64,000 bases of DNA from Fimicolochytrium jonesii (GCF_025526975.1 NW_026515672.1:620001-684000), one strand, 5' to 3'; numbered from the stretch's first letter, positions 1-14,195 are shown. A program made the numbers and translations. Notes: a model not told the origin generated them from the sequence alone.

Positions 1-70
1 TGTTTGAACTTTGCACCTCGACGACGCCAATTCCATCATCACACATTCAAACTCCCAACTTTCTATAACA

Positions 71-1683
71 ATGTCCTTGGCCCACCAACTCTTCAAACAC
101 CCCGCCCCCGCCCCCGCCCACCGCCCCGGCCGCCCCACCACCACCATCGCACCAACCTGGTCTCAATTCTTCACCAGCTCGCGCGACATTCCCGTCCCCG
201 CCTCACAGGGCACCTTCCGCGTCTTCGAGGTCCCACCATCCTCAGCGTCATCACCGACATCCTCGAAAGCCCCGCTGTTTGTTCTGCATCATGGCGCGGG
301 ACATACAGCGCTGTCGTGGGCTTTGGCGGTTGGGAAGTTGAGGGAACGCGTGGGGAATGTGGGCGTGGTGGGGTTTGATTGCCGGGGGCATGGTTGGTAG
401 GGCGTGTGTGACGGGCTTTCAGTATCAGAGGGGGGGGGTATGATCATGGCGGAGGATTGACGGCGGCTGATTTCCGATGATAGGTGTTACGACAACACAA
501 GATGACACGGACCTCTCCTTAGACACGCTTGCGGCCGACTTGGTCAACCTGCTTGATGTCCTGTATCCGGATGCGATTCCGGAGGTCATACTTGTGGGGC
601 ATAGGTGCGTTTGCCCGTGTATGTCCGGTAGCGGATGACGGTGCTGAGCGGTTGTCGAATGATAGCATGGGCGGTGCAGTCGTCACGGAAGCGGCGTTGA
701 CGGGCAAAGTGCGGAATCTGCTGGCGGTCGCTGTGCTTGATGTCGTTGAAGGTGAGCGTGCGTGTCTCCCCATTGCAACCGCCCAAAGCATTAAACCTCG
801 CACTTTTCTTGCTTCTGCAGGCACGGCGGTGGACTCACTGGCACACATGGAAATCTATCTCCGCAACCGGCCATCCCACTTCCGCTCAATAGACCAGGCC
901 GTGGAATGGAGGTATCTCTTAACTCATGCTTTTCTCTCCTCCATTGTATTTGACTGACATTCGATCGCCTGGGACGCTTTTCTTCCCCAGCGTCACAATA
1001 GGCGGCCTGCGCAATCTATCATCGGCACTCATCTCCGTCCCGCCGCAGCTTGTTGAGGTGCCGGGGGACGGCGATACTGAGGGAGCGAAGAAATGGGTGT
1101 GGAGGACGGATTTGGGTCGGTCGCAGAAGCATTGGCATGGTGAGTGCCGTTGATCTGGGTGTCCGCCTAGGTTGTCCCATGCATGAGGGCAGAACGACGA
1201 AGTGAACAACTCAAATGTTTCGGCAGGCTGGTTCCAAGGCCTCTCTGCAAATTTTTTGTCTATCAAGGCGGCAAGGATGTTGATACTTGCAGGTAAATAA
1301 AGGCAGTTTGTCAACCCCCGCGGGTGTTCACTCGGAGCAACAGATTTCAGAAAATGAGTTATGATTTGACTTCTTGTTCTGATTGATTTAGGAACGGATC
1401 GGCTGGACACAGCACTGACGATTGGGCAGATGCAGGGCAAGTTCCAGCTGGTGCTTTATCCAGAGTCTGGGCATGCCATTCAGGTATGTGAAAGGAGCAG
1501 CCAAACGCTTCCCCACTATTAAGCGTACTTGGAGTTCAATCAATTCATTTGGTCTTATGCCATCTACAGGAAGACGAGCCGGATAAGCTAGCCACGACGC
1601 TTGCAGACTTGTGGCAGCGCAACGGGCCGGGAAAGATCATCAAGCGATTCCCGATCCCGCCGCTGAAGCCCGGGACAAAGTGA
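71..1683 (+). CDS. PPE1: Protein phosphatase methylesterase 1 (alpha/beta hydrolase), multi-exon
   Basis: Spliced exons give [13 protein letters not shown], nucleophile motif [35 protein letters not shown] and [16 protein letters not shown] 71, TGA 1681-1683. Confidence 0.93.
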
Positions 1684-1770
1684 TGTTGTCGTCGTAAAAG
1701 GTTCTGACTCTGCTAAGACGTATGTAGCAAACCTTCCGTAGGATTTATTTGTACAATAATCCGATATCAC

Positions 1771-4095
1771 TCATGGTGACGGCGGTACGTTGGGCAGAAC
1801 ATTAGGCGGGGATGTCCCGTCCGATGCCCCATCCTTCTCTGCCTCCTCATTCGTCGCACGAAGATGTCCTCGCACCTCCTCCTCTTCGGCGATCCTTTCC
1901 CGGGGCTCACGTAACGTCTTCCCACCATTATTGTTGTTCCCCGAAGAACCCCCAGTCTCCTGTTGCGCCCTCCACATGCCGGCGTACACACCATCGGGGA
2001 TCGCCAGCAACTCCTCATGGGTGCCGACTTCGATGGCTTTCCCCTCCTTCATGACAACGATATGATCGCAGTCCATGATCGTCCGTAGTCTGTGAGCGAT
2101 GAAGACAGCGGTCCGTGTGCGTGGCCAGTTCACGTCAGCGTCGTTGGACACGGCGCGGTGGGGATCGTTCAGAAAATCGCGGATCGTGGCCATGATGGCC
2201 GTCTCGGTGGTTTGGTCCAGCGCGGAGGTGGCTTCGTCGAAGAGCATGATGGCCGGATTCTTCAGGAACGTTCTTGCCAGTTGGACTCTTTGCTTTTCGC
2301 CACCGCTGATCATGAGACCACGCTCACCGACAACAGTCTCATATCCATTCGGGAAGTTGTTGACGATCACGTCGTGAATCCTGGCTTTGCGGGCAGCCTC
2401 TTCCACTTCTTCCCTGGTAGCATCCGGACGACCGTAGAGGATGTTGTAGTAGATGGTTTGGTTGAACAGGATGGTGTCTTGTGGCACAACACCCATAGAT
2501 TGGCGAAGACTTTCGATTGTCACATCGCGGATGTTTTGACCGTCAATGACGATGCTGCCCTCTTGTGGGTCAAAGAAGCGGAAGAGTAAACGCAAGATGG
2601 TGGACTTTCCACAACCACTAGGGCCAACAAAGGCAACTGATTTGCCGGCTGGAATCGTAAAGTCGACTCCGTCGAGGATTTGACGCCCAGTGTGGTACGC
2701 AAACTTGACATTGTTGATGCGGATTTCGCCACCTTTGACGAGTTGCAAAGGTTTCGCCGAAGGTGGCTCTTCGATGGCCGATTTGACATGGCGGAGTCTG
2801 AACATGGTATCCATGTCAATGAGACTCTGGCGAGTCTCGCGATAGACGGTACCCAGGAAGTTCAACGGCATCGACAGCTGAAACAGCAATCCGTTCACCA
2901 TGACGAGATCACCGACTGTCATCGCCCCTCCAAGGATTCCCTGCGCCGCCATCCACATCATCGTGGTCAGCGCGACAGAGAAGATCGCACTTTGCCCCGC
3001 ATTCAAATACGCGAGGGACGTTACGGAGGTGGTGGCAGCCTTTTCGTACTTTGCGAGCGATTGATCATACCGTTTGACCTCGAAACGCTCATTCGTAAAG
3101 TACTTGACGGCTTCGAAGTTGAGGAGCGCGTCGGTAGCAACAGATGCTGCTTTGTTATCTGCAGCGTTCATTTGCTTTCGGAATTTCACTCGCCACGTGG
3201 TCGTTATGAAGGTGAAGGCGGTGTATGCCCCCATGGTGAGGATGGTTACTCCGGCATATGCGGGACCAAAGCTATAGGCGAGGATTCCACACACCATCGA
3301 AATCTCGAGTGCCGTAGGGAATATATGAAAGACCATAGATGACAAAATCTGATTGATTCCTTTTGTGCCGCGGTCGATGGCACGCGTCAATCCACCGGTC
3401 TGTCGGCTCAGATGAAAGCTCAAGTCAAGCTTCAGCAAATGGTAGAATATCTCCCGTGATGCGTAACGTATCGCTCGTTGAGCCACCCTCCCGAAAACAG
3501 CTGTCCGCAACTCCTGGAAGAGCGAAGATCCCAGTCTCGCCGCCCCGTAGCCCAACAAAACCGTGCCAGCAACTGTCAACACGTCCGCGCCAGTGGCTGG
3601 CATAGGCTGCAGAACATCGACGATCTGTTTGAACAATATCGGCACGTTCACGTTCATGATTTTTCCGCCTATCAGAAGCGATAAGGCAATCACCACACGC
3701 GCTTTTATCCCTGCCTCATCCTTGGGCCATAAGTAAGCGCCGAGCTGCTTTATAATTTGCCAATCTGCTGCAGCGGACCCTACTTCGGGGCCTGCTGGTG
3801 GTGGAGGAGCAGGAGTGTACTGCACAGCGTTGGGAGTTGGCGGAGTGGATGAAGTCGCCGAATTGCGTTGGTGGGCGCCGGGGAAGGTGGTTCGGAGAAG
3901 GAGTTTGGTTCTTTGCCCGGCGTCACCCGGTCTTAGAGTCGTTATATTTCGAAAGGGTTGTTTCAGCGAGGGCGAGGGCGCCCCTGTCCACAGTTCGCTG
4001 GTTACCGCAGAGACCACCTTTCTACATAACCCAGCCCTCCTCGCCTGAGTTCCCAGGCACGGTAAGCCATACCCAAGGCGCATTGGAATCGGCAT
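1771..4095 (-). CDS. ATM1: Mitochondrial ABC half-transporter (Fe-S precursor export, ABCB7/Atm1), intronless, 774 aa
   Basis: Arg-rich presequence; [19 protein letters not shown]; Walker A GPSGCGKS; signature ISGGEKQR; Walker [12 protein letters not shown]. Confidence 0.96.
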   Translation of the reverse strand: MPIPMRLGYGLPCLGTQARRAGLCRKVVSAVTSELWTGAPSPSLKQPFRNITTLRPGDAGQRTKLLLRTTFPGAHQRNSATSSTPPTPNAVQYTPAPPPPAGPEVGSAAADWQIIKQLGAYLWPKDEAGIKARVVIALSLLIGGKIMNVNVPILFKQIVDVLQPMPATGADVLTVAGTVLLGYGAARLGSSLFQELRTAVFGRVAQRAIRYASREIFYHLLKLDLSFHLSRQTGGLTRAIDRGTKGINQILSSMVFHIFPTALEISMVCGILAYSFGPAYAGVTILTMGAYTAFTFITTTWRVKFRKQMNAADNKAASVATDALLNFEAVKYFTNERFEVKRYDQSLAKYEKAATTSVTSLAYLNAGQSAIFSVALTTMMWMAAQGILGGAMTVGDLVMVNGLLFQLSMPLNFLGTVYRETRQSLIDMDTMFRLRHVKSAIEEPPSAKPLQLVKGGEIRINNVKFAYHTGRQILDGVDFTIPAGKSVAFVGPSGCGKSTILRLLFRFFDPQEGSIVIDGQNIRDVTIESLRQSMGVVPQDTILFNQTIYYNILYGRPDATREEVEEAARKARIHDVIVNNFPNGYETVVGERGLMISGGEKQRVQLARTFLKNPAIMLFDEATSALDQTTETAIMATIRDFLNDPHRAVSNDADVNWPRTRTAVFIAHRLRTIMDCDHIVVMKEGKAIEVGTHEELLAIPDGVYAGMWRAQQETGGSSGNNNNGGKTLREPRERIAEEEEVRGHLRATNEEAEKDGASDGTSPPNVLPNVPPSP

Positions 4096-5336
4096 GTTCG
4101 TATGAGGCCAGTATCAGGCGTCGATCCAGTAAATCTTTATCGAACCGTGCGCGAAGGGAAGCCTCTGCCTGGATCTGGAGCTCTTCGAGGAAATGGAGCG
4201 GCGATGTTGCTCTCAACCTGCTTTTGGCGTTTGCAAGGATATCGGAATACTGGTAGCAGCAATATGCAATCGCGCTTTGTTCCGGACACTCGGTTTGTGG
4301 TTTACATTAATCGATGGTAAATCGACAGTTGCCCAAAGCTATCGACCTTTATTGGAGCAACTAGCCGGGAGGGCTCGCTTCGCTCGCTGCGAATTTGAAA
4401 CCTCTCCCAATTGATCGAGCTCGTCCATTGAGGGGCGCTCGCCTTGCTCGCCTACCTCTTTTCTCAGATTCACAAAAGCGGCCTCATATGTGAATCATGA
4501 TGCTTAACTTGTATGCCACGCCGTTTTGACAGGGTCGTCCGGGACTGACAGCGTGCCATCCATGCCGTGTCGGCCATTCATATATAGATATCGCCCCATA
4601 TATCAGAATCGGGCAGGCATCAACGATCGAGGCTCGAATCCCAGAAGAAAAGTACTTGGATTGCCGCAATACCGTATGTCCTGTAAAATAGACCAAGTCC
4701 GAGTCCTCGAGACATCCTATACGGTTAGACCCGTGCGGCTGGGCTCGCGCATTTACCGAATTATTGGAACTTGGAAGAGGCCTTTGCGCGATGGGTTGTG
4801 TAACCCCACCGATATGACGTAGCGCGATTAACGCAGCTCATGATTTGAAGACGATGAAGTTCTCATCATGCAGGGCGGCAAGCAGCTGGTTTCGTTTCAA
4901 CACGGGAACGGAGGTATGGAGATGCCTGACCTGCTTGAGCTGGTCAGAACTGGGAGACATGACGGCCTTGATTTTGCCCGTCCTCATTAACTAAGATAAC
5001 TTAACTACTCAGGCCCCCGCGGTTTGTCGTCTTTCCGCAACCCTCGCCTGCGATAACAACCACCTTCCAATCGTGGGAAAATTCGCAAACAACTCACAGG
5101 GCACTTTCACTCAATATTTGCTACAGGCTGCTATAGGAGGCGCCGCATAGCACAGCGCTGATTCGTGGCCTGTTGTGACGTCCAGCGACCTTATTTCAAA
5201 ACGGCAAACCTCTCTTCTGATCAACCAATTCCGTTTTCATTGAAACGGTTTTTACGGTGCAAGCTGCGAGATTGGGGTCGAATAGAACGTAAATAAGCTC
5301 CGAACTAGGACCGGGCCTGCGTCACGAAACCCGCAG

Positions 5337-5542
5337 GTAAGGACGTCATTCTTTTTTCTCTGCGGAATCCCTGAACGCTAGCTTTCCCAACTCTCCCACG
5401 ACGGACTGGTGCTTTCGGACCCGGTCAAGACCGGTGGTTTATCTCTTCCCTTTCGTCTTCGTCATGCACTGGCTTGACTGCTGCGGACTTCTGCATTGAA
5501 TCAGATCCTCACTAATCACACTTGTTCTCGAATCGATCACAG
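5337..5542 (+). other. Probable 5'UTR intron of the histidine kinase gene
   Basis: Donor CAG|GTAAGG at 5337, branch-like CTAAT at about 5512, acceptor CACAG ending 5542, 3 nt before ATG 5546. Confidence 0.55.
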
Positions 5543-5545
5543 GAA

Positions 5546-8500
5546 ATGTCTCACGGAGGAAATCTCCTTGATCGGGTGGAAAGCGTTCTATACTCAATAA
5601 GCAATGGTGACCTCCAAAATGCTGCGGCTCTCGTGGACAATATCAGCCCGCGGTCGACTGCTCTACCTACACCGCCTATTAACGGCCATGACCCTCATAT
5701 GAGCGGAAAAGGCTTACAGCGTCGCCCATCGCGCACCCCATCTTTCACGTCAACTCTCGGATCCGTCCTATTCTCCCGCCGCGACAAGAGTATGGATGCA
5801 GGTGATTCCCATGGATCGATTGGCAGTAGTGACGGGATCCAGAACATTGAAAACGCCAGTGAAGACCAGGCAATTCGGATTCAGAATATGTTGAGGAGCA
5901 TTTTGGAAAAGCAGGAACGATTGACTCATCAAACGAAAGGTTCGTTGTGATCTAGTTCTCTTCGTGGCTGCGTCAAATCACCTGACTCCTCGTTACCTCA
6001 TCTTTTAGTATCAGACTCTATTTCTACAGAGGCAGCAGACTACAAGACCTTGACAAGTACAGCCGTCGAGGATGACAAGCGTGATGTAGCCTTTGAGCAG
6101 TGCATCAAGGTCGTGAACGCCATGGGTCGTGGTATTCTCAGCGAGCGTATCGACGTCTCCCTGGAAAGGCTTCCGCCCACACAAGTCGAGCTGATTCAGA
6201 GCATCAATCAAGCGGCCGATCGCATGGAAGCCTTTGTTGCGCCAACACTCAGAGTGTTGCACGACATAGGTTGTGAAGGAAGGCTTGGCCAGCAGATCGC
6301 TGTCGCCGACGCCGAAGGAAGTTGGAAGGACCTCATTGAGTCTGCAAACACCGTCAGCTTGACTCACAGCGACCGCATCAAAGAGATCGTGGAAGTGTGC
6401 AAAGCAGTCGCTTCTGGAGACCTGACGAGGGAAATTCGCGTAGACCTCAAGGGAGATGCCTTGATTCTGAAAGATACTATCAACTCCATGGTCGTTACCC
6501 TGAACTCTTTTGCTATCGAGGTAATCACTTGAGCAGGGGCAGTTCCTCGAATCTTTTCTCGTCTCCACCGTCGCCCCGACGTCCTACTGATACTTGATTA
6601 CCTTCTACTTTTCGTACATCATAGGTCACAAAAGTAGCACACTTGGTCGGAACAGAAGGCCAGCTGGGAGTACAAGCGCAAGTGCATGGCGTCAGCGGAA
6701 CCTGGGCCCTCCTCACGGACAATGTGAACCGCATGGCTTTCAACCTTACTGGTAAGGGTTTGCAAAGCGGTTCAATGATAATTGCTCGGGTTCTGATGTA
6801 TGCCCTTCGACTTCAGACCAAGTACGTGATATCGCGGATGTGACAAAAGCCATTGCCCGGGGGGATCTCAGCAAGAAGGTTCGCGTCGACGGACGGGGCG
6901 AGATCTTGGAACTCAAGGAGACCGTTAACTCGCTTGTCGACCAATTGACCACGTTTGCAGCGGAGGTATGTTTTCTTTTCATTCATTAGACCTTCAGATT
7001 GCGGTGACCGGGGTAAACTCAATCAACATACTTGTAGGTCACTCGTGTTGCCCGTGAAGTGGGTACTGAAGGAAAGCTCGGAGGACAAGCGGTTGTCAAG
7101 GATGTCGGAGGAACCTGGAAGGAGTTGACCGAGAGTGTGAACGCGATGGCACGTAACCTCACGGCTCAAGTCCGCGACATTTCTTCAGTCAGTTTCGCCA
7201 TCGCTCGTGGAGATCTCAGCAGGACGGTAACGGTAGATGTCCGCGGTGAAATGCTCGAACTCAAGGAAACGGTGAACTCGTTGGTAGATCAACTGAGAAC
7301 TTTCGCATCAGAAGTGACCAGGGTTGCTCGAGAGGTGGGGACAGAAGGAGTCCTCGGGGGACAAGCAGTCGTCAAAGATGTGGGTGGGACATGGAAGGAG
7401 TTGACCGAGTCGGTGAATGCGATGGCCGCAAACCTCACTGCTCAAGTTCGAGATATCGCTGATGTTACCAAGGCCATTGCGAAAGGAGATCTGAGCCGCA
7501 AAGTGCGAGTCGATGGACGCGGTGAAATCTTGGAACTCAAAGAAACCGTCAACTCTCTGGTTGAGCAGCTGACCACCTTCGCTTCTGAAGTTACTCGTGT
7601 CGCGCGCGAGGTCGGAACAGACGGGCGGCTTGGAGGTCAAGCTGTCGTCGAGAACGTTGCCGGTACCTGGCGTGAGCTGACAGAATCAGTCAATGCGATG
7701 GCGAGCAATTTGACTGCGCAACTCCGTGATATTGCGTCTGTCAGTTCAGCCATAGCAAGGGGTGATCTCAGCCAGACTGTGACCGTCGATGTGGAAGGCG
7801 AAATGCTAGAATTGAAGATCACCGTCAATTCGCTTGTCGACCAATTACGGACGTTCGCGCGAGAAGTCACTCGAGTCGCTAGAGAAGTCGGAACGGAAGG
7901 GAAGCTTGGCGGTCAGGCTGTTGTCAAGGACGTCGCCGGTACATGGAAGGATCTCACGGACTCGGTCAACGCCATGGCAGCGAATTTGACAGCGCAAGTG
8001 CGTGATATTGCCTCTGTCAGTACGGCCATTGCGCTGGGTGACTTGTCTCGAACCGTCACCGTCGATGTCCAGGGAGAAATGCTGCAGTTGAAAGAGACCG
8101 TCAACTCCTTAGTCGACCAACTGCGTACCTTTGCAAGGGAGGTCACGCGTGTAGCCAGGGAAGTCGGTACCGAAGGAAAGCTTGGAGGTCAAGCCGTGGT
8201 GAAGGACGTCGCCGGCACTTGGAAAGATCTCACTGACTCCGTCAACGCTATGGCCGCGAACTTGACGGCTCAAGTGAGGGATATCGCGTCCGTTAGTACC
8301 GCTATCGCCGAAGGTGACTTGTCAAAGAACGTGACTGTCGACGTTCAGGGAGAAATGTTGCAGCTCAAAGAAACGGTCAATTCGCTCGTCGATCAGCTGA
8401 GAACTTTCGCTCGTGAGGTCACTCGAGTAGCGCGAGAAGTAGGCACTGAGGGCAAATTGGGAGGCCAAGCCGTAGTGAAAGATGTCGCTGGTACCTGGAA

Positions 8501-11210
8501 AGACCTCACGGATTCCGTGAATGCCATGGCCGCGTCTCTCACCGCTCAAGTGCGCGACATCGCTTCCGTGTCGACGGCCATCGCGGCCGGAGACCTTTCG
8601 AAAACGGTCACTGTTGACGTGCAAGGGGAGATGTCGGCCTTGAAGCGCGATCTCAATCGGATGGTGGATCAGCTCAGAACTTTCGCTGCAGAGGTGACGA
8701 GAGTGGCGCGTGAAGTAGGAACTGAAGGAAAGCTCGGCGTTCAAGCCCAAGTCGACGATGTCGAAGGCACCTGGAGGACTATCATTGTCAATGTCAACAC
8801 CATGGCCAGTAACCTCACTTCTCAAGTCCGTGCCTTCGCCGACATTTCCGCCGCTGCGACCGACGGGGACTTTACCCGCTTGATCGACATCAAAGTCGAA
8901 GGCGAAATGGCTAGTTTGAAGAGCAAGATCAACCAGATGGTTTTGACTCTCCGCGAGTCCATTCAAAAGAACACCGCGGCCAGGGAGGCCGCTGAACTTG
9001 CGAACCGTGCCAAGTCTGAATTCTTGGCCAATATGAGGTAAACACCCTGATCCACTTGCCACATCGTCGAATCTACTGACCTCTTTGATCCAGTCACGAA
9101 ATTCGAACCCCTATGAACGGTATTATCGGCATGACTGCCCTCACACTCGAACAGGAACTCACGCGCCAGCAGAAGGACAACCTGATCATTGTCTCGTCGC
9201 TGGCCAACTCCCTCCTGGTAAGCAATCCAATTTTTTGAGGTTTCCATCTCTCTGCGACGTCGTGGTTGATACTTGTCCCTTTTTTTTCAGTCCATCATTG
9301 ACGACATCTTGGATATCAGCAAAATCGAGGCTGGACGCATGGTCATGGAAGAGATCCCGATGAGCTTGCGTCATGTCGTCTTCTCTCTCTTGAAAACTCT
9401 GGCCGTTCGTGCGTATCAAAAGAACATCTCACTCTTCTTCGACATCGACAACACCATCCCCGATCAGTTGGTTGGCGATCAGTTGCGATTGAAGCAAGTC
9501 ATTACCAACTTGGTTGGCGTATGTATCCCCATTGGTTTTGTTCTCTGGCCCCCAGAAGCATCACTCACCATCTCATATATGCATCGCGACGCAGAATGCT
9601 ATCAAGTTCACATCTGCGGGAGAAGTTGCGCTGCACGCCACGTTCAAGGGTATCGTCGGAGACGAGGTTGAGATCGTATTCTGTTGCTCGGACACTGGCA
9701 TCGGAATCGAGGCATCCAAGTTGGATTTGATCTTCGACACTTTCTGCCAAGCTGATGGTAAGATTCTGAAGCCAAAAACGCACCGCAGCCCGAGGTTTAT
9801 TCGTCCTCAACTAATCAGTACTTGCGCACTTTTCAGGTTCCACGAGCCGGAAGTTCGGTGGTACTGGTCTGGGATTGACTATCTCTCGTCGTCTGGTCGC
9901 TTTGATGGGAGGCGATCTGTGGGTGCAAAGTGAATTCGGAAAGGGATCCCAGTTCTATTTTAACGTCCGTTTCAAGCTGTCTAAACGTGGTGAGGACGAC
10001 CACAAGATTCAAGCCTTCAGCGGCGCCAGCCTCTTGCTGTTGGATGATGGAGAGAAGAACGATACCCCGGACATTGGGGCCGGTGAGACCTCCAATGCCC
10101 TAGTGGCCACATCGCCGGCTTCACCGGCATCTCCCTCGCAACACGTTGCCAACTCTATGGAAGCCTTGGAGGCAATGCTCCGCAACCTGAACCTGGCGTC
10201 AACGCGCGTTCACACGATCGAAGCTGCCAACCAGTGTGCTGAGGAGAAGTCCTACTCTGCAATTGTCCTCACATCTCTCGCGGCAATCAACCGAGCCCGC
10301 GACGTCACTCGTCTACGATACACCCCCGTTGTTCTCTTCGCCGACTCGGCTCGCATGCGTCTGGATATGAAGTGGTGTATCGACACCAGTATTGCCTCTT
10401 ACGCGTCCAACCCCGCTACTCAAGTGGATATTGTCAATGCTCTCATCCCCGCCTTTGAAAGTTCTGACGCCAACGGCGCTGCACGCCAGGCGAACAAGGA
10501 CAACAGTGGAGGATACTATATCCTTCTCGCGGAAGACAACTTGGTCAACCAGAAGCTCGCTCTCCGCATCCTGGAGAAGTTCGGGCACAAGGCCACCGTT
10601 GTGGAGAATGGAAAGCTTGCGGTAGAAGCATTCCAGCGTGAAGCCTTCGATCTGATCTTGATGGGTAAGTGTCTTCGATACATTCTTTACACTGCTTTTG
10701 CGCCATCATGCTGATTCACTTCCTTCTTGCAGATGTCCAAATGCCCCTGATGGGTGGATTTGAGGCGACTCAAGTCATTCGACAGATCGAGAAGAAGATG
10801 GGTCACGACTCCCCATTGAAGAGGATTCCAATTATTGGTGGGTAGTTCGAAGACTCCTCAGTCACATCGAATGAAATCGCTAACAACAGTTTGCGCGCAC
10901 AGCCGTAACCGCTCACGCCATGATCGGAGACCGCGAGAAATGTCTCAACGCCGGAATGGACGAGTACGTTACCAAACCCCTCCGCATGAACGAACTCAAC
11001 GCCATCATCAACCGCTTCCCCAAACGCACCCACCAAGCCAGCGTTACGGGCGGACGGGCTGCCGTCGCGACCGGCGGCGCAGCGAGCGCAGGACTCGGCC
11101 TGACCTCCGAAATCAATTTTGGTGGAACCGAGAGGATTTCGGTTGCTGATATGGAGATCCTTGACAACCCCAGTGGGTCGGATTCGGATCCGCGGGATCG
11201 CGGATTCTGA
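5546..11210 (+). CDS. NIK1: Group III hybrid histidine kinase (NIK1/OS-1 type): poly-HAMP, HisKA, HATPase and receiver; multi-exon
   Basis: 92-aa repeats [10 protein letters not shown]...[10 protein letters not shown]-box [22 protein letters not shown] boxes [26 protein letters not shown]; receiver [32 protein letters not shown]. Confidence 0.95.
6269..8960 (+). repeat. Coding tandem repeat: 9 units of 92 aa (276 nt) HAMP repeats
   Basis: Unit starts are 276 nt apart (e.g. 7890, 8166, 8442, 8718). Seven units lie in ORF 7059-9041 and two are upstream and intron-interrupted ([18 protein letters not shown]). Confidence 0.9.
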
Positions 11211-11775
11211 AGGAATTCACAAAATAGATTTTCGAAATCGTCTTTCAGCGGGCCTGAGGATACGGTTTCCACCCCACCAACAGCCAGATCGGCAAAGCTT
11301 TTGCTCAGTGTATCATTCACACACGTCGCTCACCTTCGCAGACGACACTCGTTCGCCGGACTTCCTTCCTCTTTCTATTCACGTTGTCACCTTACCCGGA
11401 ATCTTTTCAGCCTAACTTTAGCGCTACTGTTTTTGATTTGATCTGAAGTGTCTTGCCATTGTGATTATCGTCTTCCATAGGACTTCCTTTTACATTCGGT
11501 AGCGTTTTCCCGTTGTTTCGCATTGTACATAGACACACCAAGTATGCAATTATTCTTCACTTGCCGGTTTTGCAGCACATATGTGGAGACGAGTCTTTTT
11601 AATGATGTGAATCTAAAGATATATGGAAAGAGATTCAAGAACTATGCACGAGACGCTAAAGCCAGTGTATGTCCTAAAATCGACGCAATCAACGCCCCAA
11701 AACTTCTGTCGAATTCCCACACAAACTATTGCTGAATGACGGGCCGGCCGCCACAGCCGAGGGTAGTATCCCCAC

Positions 11776-13288
11776 TCAGACCTTGCGCCGCCTAACACCC
11801 TCCTCATCCTCTGCGTACGTAGGCAGCGCAGGTGCCTTTTCTTCGTAATCTGGCAGGCTGAGCGTGTCCTTGCCGTCCTTCTCAGCGCCTTCAATCTCGG
11901 CGACGGCAGTGGGGAAAGCGGAGGGGGCGACGTAGAAGACAATGGGGACTTCTACCTTGGATTCCTGGGGCTCGTCTTTGGGAGTTGCGCCTTTCGGTCG
12001 GTATTTGATTTCGAGTTGGATGATGTGGTGGACTTTTAGGACGTTTGTCTAGCGGGACGATGCGAGTGAGCCGGGATAATTGGGAGGAAGAATCGTTCAC
12101 CAAGTGCGCCCGGCGCAAAGGGTGATCATTCTTACCTCAACATCTGGGCACAATTCGGCAGCTTTATGCAGGTCCTCAAACGGCGCCAAGATCGGAACAT
12201 CCACGGCATGTTCGAGCCCAGGGTAATGTCCAGTCTCTGGGGTGTAGATGTACTGCTTCTGGAGGAAATGCTTCTCTTTGACATTCTTCTCGCTGATGAC
12301 GTTGCTTGCGGAATCGACTTTTCCGCCCATAAAGCTGAAGCCAGCGTTATGTCTGCGAGATGATAAAGTGATTAGAGCGATCTTTGAAGTGAAGCTCCGA
12401 CTCCAAGTATGTGATAACTCACGTGAAGAGGAACGAGTGATGCTGTCGCAGCTGCCATTTGAGCTCAACCAGCGATGCACCACCGCTCGCATTTATGGTA
12501 ACGGGGATGTTCTCCGAGGGAATGGCGTGGACGGTAGGTAGCGCAACCTCCACCTCCGGCACAGGATTCCACAGCGTCCTCCCACCCGCGACTCCGTTCT
12601 CGCCCTTCTGTTCCACAATGCGGACCTTCTTCTCCTCTCCCTCCGTCAGCTGCTTCAGCGTCTCGACAATAGGCTCGATTGTGGCCGGCGGCTTGCGGAC
12701 AAACACCTCCTTTTTGGAGACGGTGGGCAGGCGCGACATCGGTATGCACGGCAGGCCGCAAAACGTGCGGGGCTCCCATATGATAGTGGCGACGAGCATG
12801 TACTGGACGTGTCCGCGCTCGAACCTCAACGATGGCGGCATGTGGTCGGGAATCTTTACCCGGAAGGTGAAGTTGTGTTTGCCGGCCTCGAGAGGCACGG
12901 GCTGATCGTCGTCGTCTGTGGGTTCCCATAGCTTCAGCGTTTGGTCTGTGAGCCGTTGTGGCCCGCGGAGGTTTGCACTGAACTGGAAAATGAAGGTCGA
13001 ATGAAAGTCAGCAGCGGTTCCGCCTGACTAAAATGACTGCAAGAACGGAAAACGCTGGCGTACCTCCGGGTCGTCAAATTTGGCAATGACTCCAGCGATA
13101 AAGCGGAACAAGATACACTTAGCGCCCTGTAGGGGTTCTGTAATGTTCAGCTTGACCTGGCCTTCCACATAAGCGGGACCGCCCTTGTCCCTCAAGATGA
13201 CTTCATCCTGGTCGGTAGTGAGCTCGAACAGTTCGACGTATTCCGGCGTCTTGTGCCACGAAGAGAAAAGATAACCAGCGGCTGCCAT
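11776..13288 (-). CDS. Alpha-arrestin (arrestin N/C folds with PY motifs), 4 exons
   Basis: VEGQVKLNITEP, LEAGKHNFTFRVKIPDHMPPSL, GHVQYMLVATI, VLKVHHIIQLEIKY; C-terminal LPDY and LPTY motifs; TGA 11778-11776. Confidence 0.85.
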
Positions 13289-14000
13289 TGTGGGGAGAGG
13301 TTCTTTGGTGCTGGTGAAGCAGGTTAGAGAGTGCCAGACGCTGTACTTTTTATGTTGCCTGGTAAACAGCAAGGAGCGGCGACAGGACGAAGGAGTTTCT
13401 ATCGCCAGCGGCCCAGGAATTCTGCTGAACATTTCCCAAAGTTGTTGCTCTCCGCCTCTCCTAAATTACAGAACACTCGCAGCGACGCGTTCTCAACCAA
13501 TCGCTCCAGATCGATCTACGACAAGCAAGGCCATTGGCGACTGGTTTGCAAACAACGGCGCACCACGGAAGGAAGGAGGGCATAATGTACAATACAGTAG
13601 CGGACCGCACTTACAGACAACGGGCGGGGCCTCATTCTCGTAATGAACGGCGGATCAGCCTCCCGCAAGCTGTTATTGAATGCAGGTTTCCCGCGTTGCT
13701 ACCGGTCAGCTTCAGAGCCAGTTGGCGTTTGTCTTGCGCGTGAAAACCGCATCCTCTTCACCTCTTCTACGGCATCATGCTCTGGCCGTGCATGCGCCAC
13801 TCGGATACAAACGGCCGGGATCTTGGGCGATTCAGCAAACCTTCCCTACCGTCGATGGCCCGTCGGCAATTGTCCAGCTGGTAGAGGGCCCACAATCTGT
13901 GAGGAGCCTCTGACCACATATGGAAAGTACTTTCGTCCCGGCCCAGCGCTTGTGAGATGCGCCCCGCCACTTCCGTCGCCAGCTCGAAGATACTCTGCAG

Positions 14001-14195
14001 GTGAGTATATTTTCTGGATGGCCAACCGGACGAGCAGTGGACCTTCCCAGTTTCCGCGGTCACGCACGCGTCTTCTGCGTCTGTCACCCGTCCGTCACGG
14101 TCCTCGGCTCTCGTCTCTCTCGTAGGACGCCCATTTGCGAACCTCAAATTCAGACGGCTTTCAAGTGCTTATCCTCATTCATCTCCTACTCATAG
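14001..14195 (+). other. Probable 5'UTR intron of the LTA4H gene
   Basis: CAG|GTGAGT at 14001 and pyrimidine-rich CATAG acceptor at 14195, 14 nt before ATG 14210. Confidence 0.55.

Noticed and set aside
4022..4216. Protein-like minus-strand ORF overlapping the ATM1 start (possible uORF)
   Set aside because: Starts at TTG, with no ATG in frame back to the upstream stop and no recognisable motif.
7059..8960. 276-nt periodicity as a CRISPR array or satellite
   Set aside because: Repeats are coding HAMP units with synonymous divergence and no spacers.
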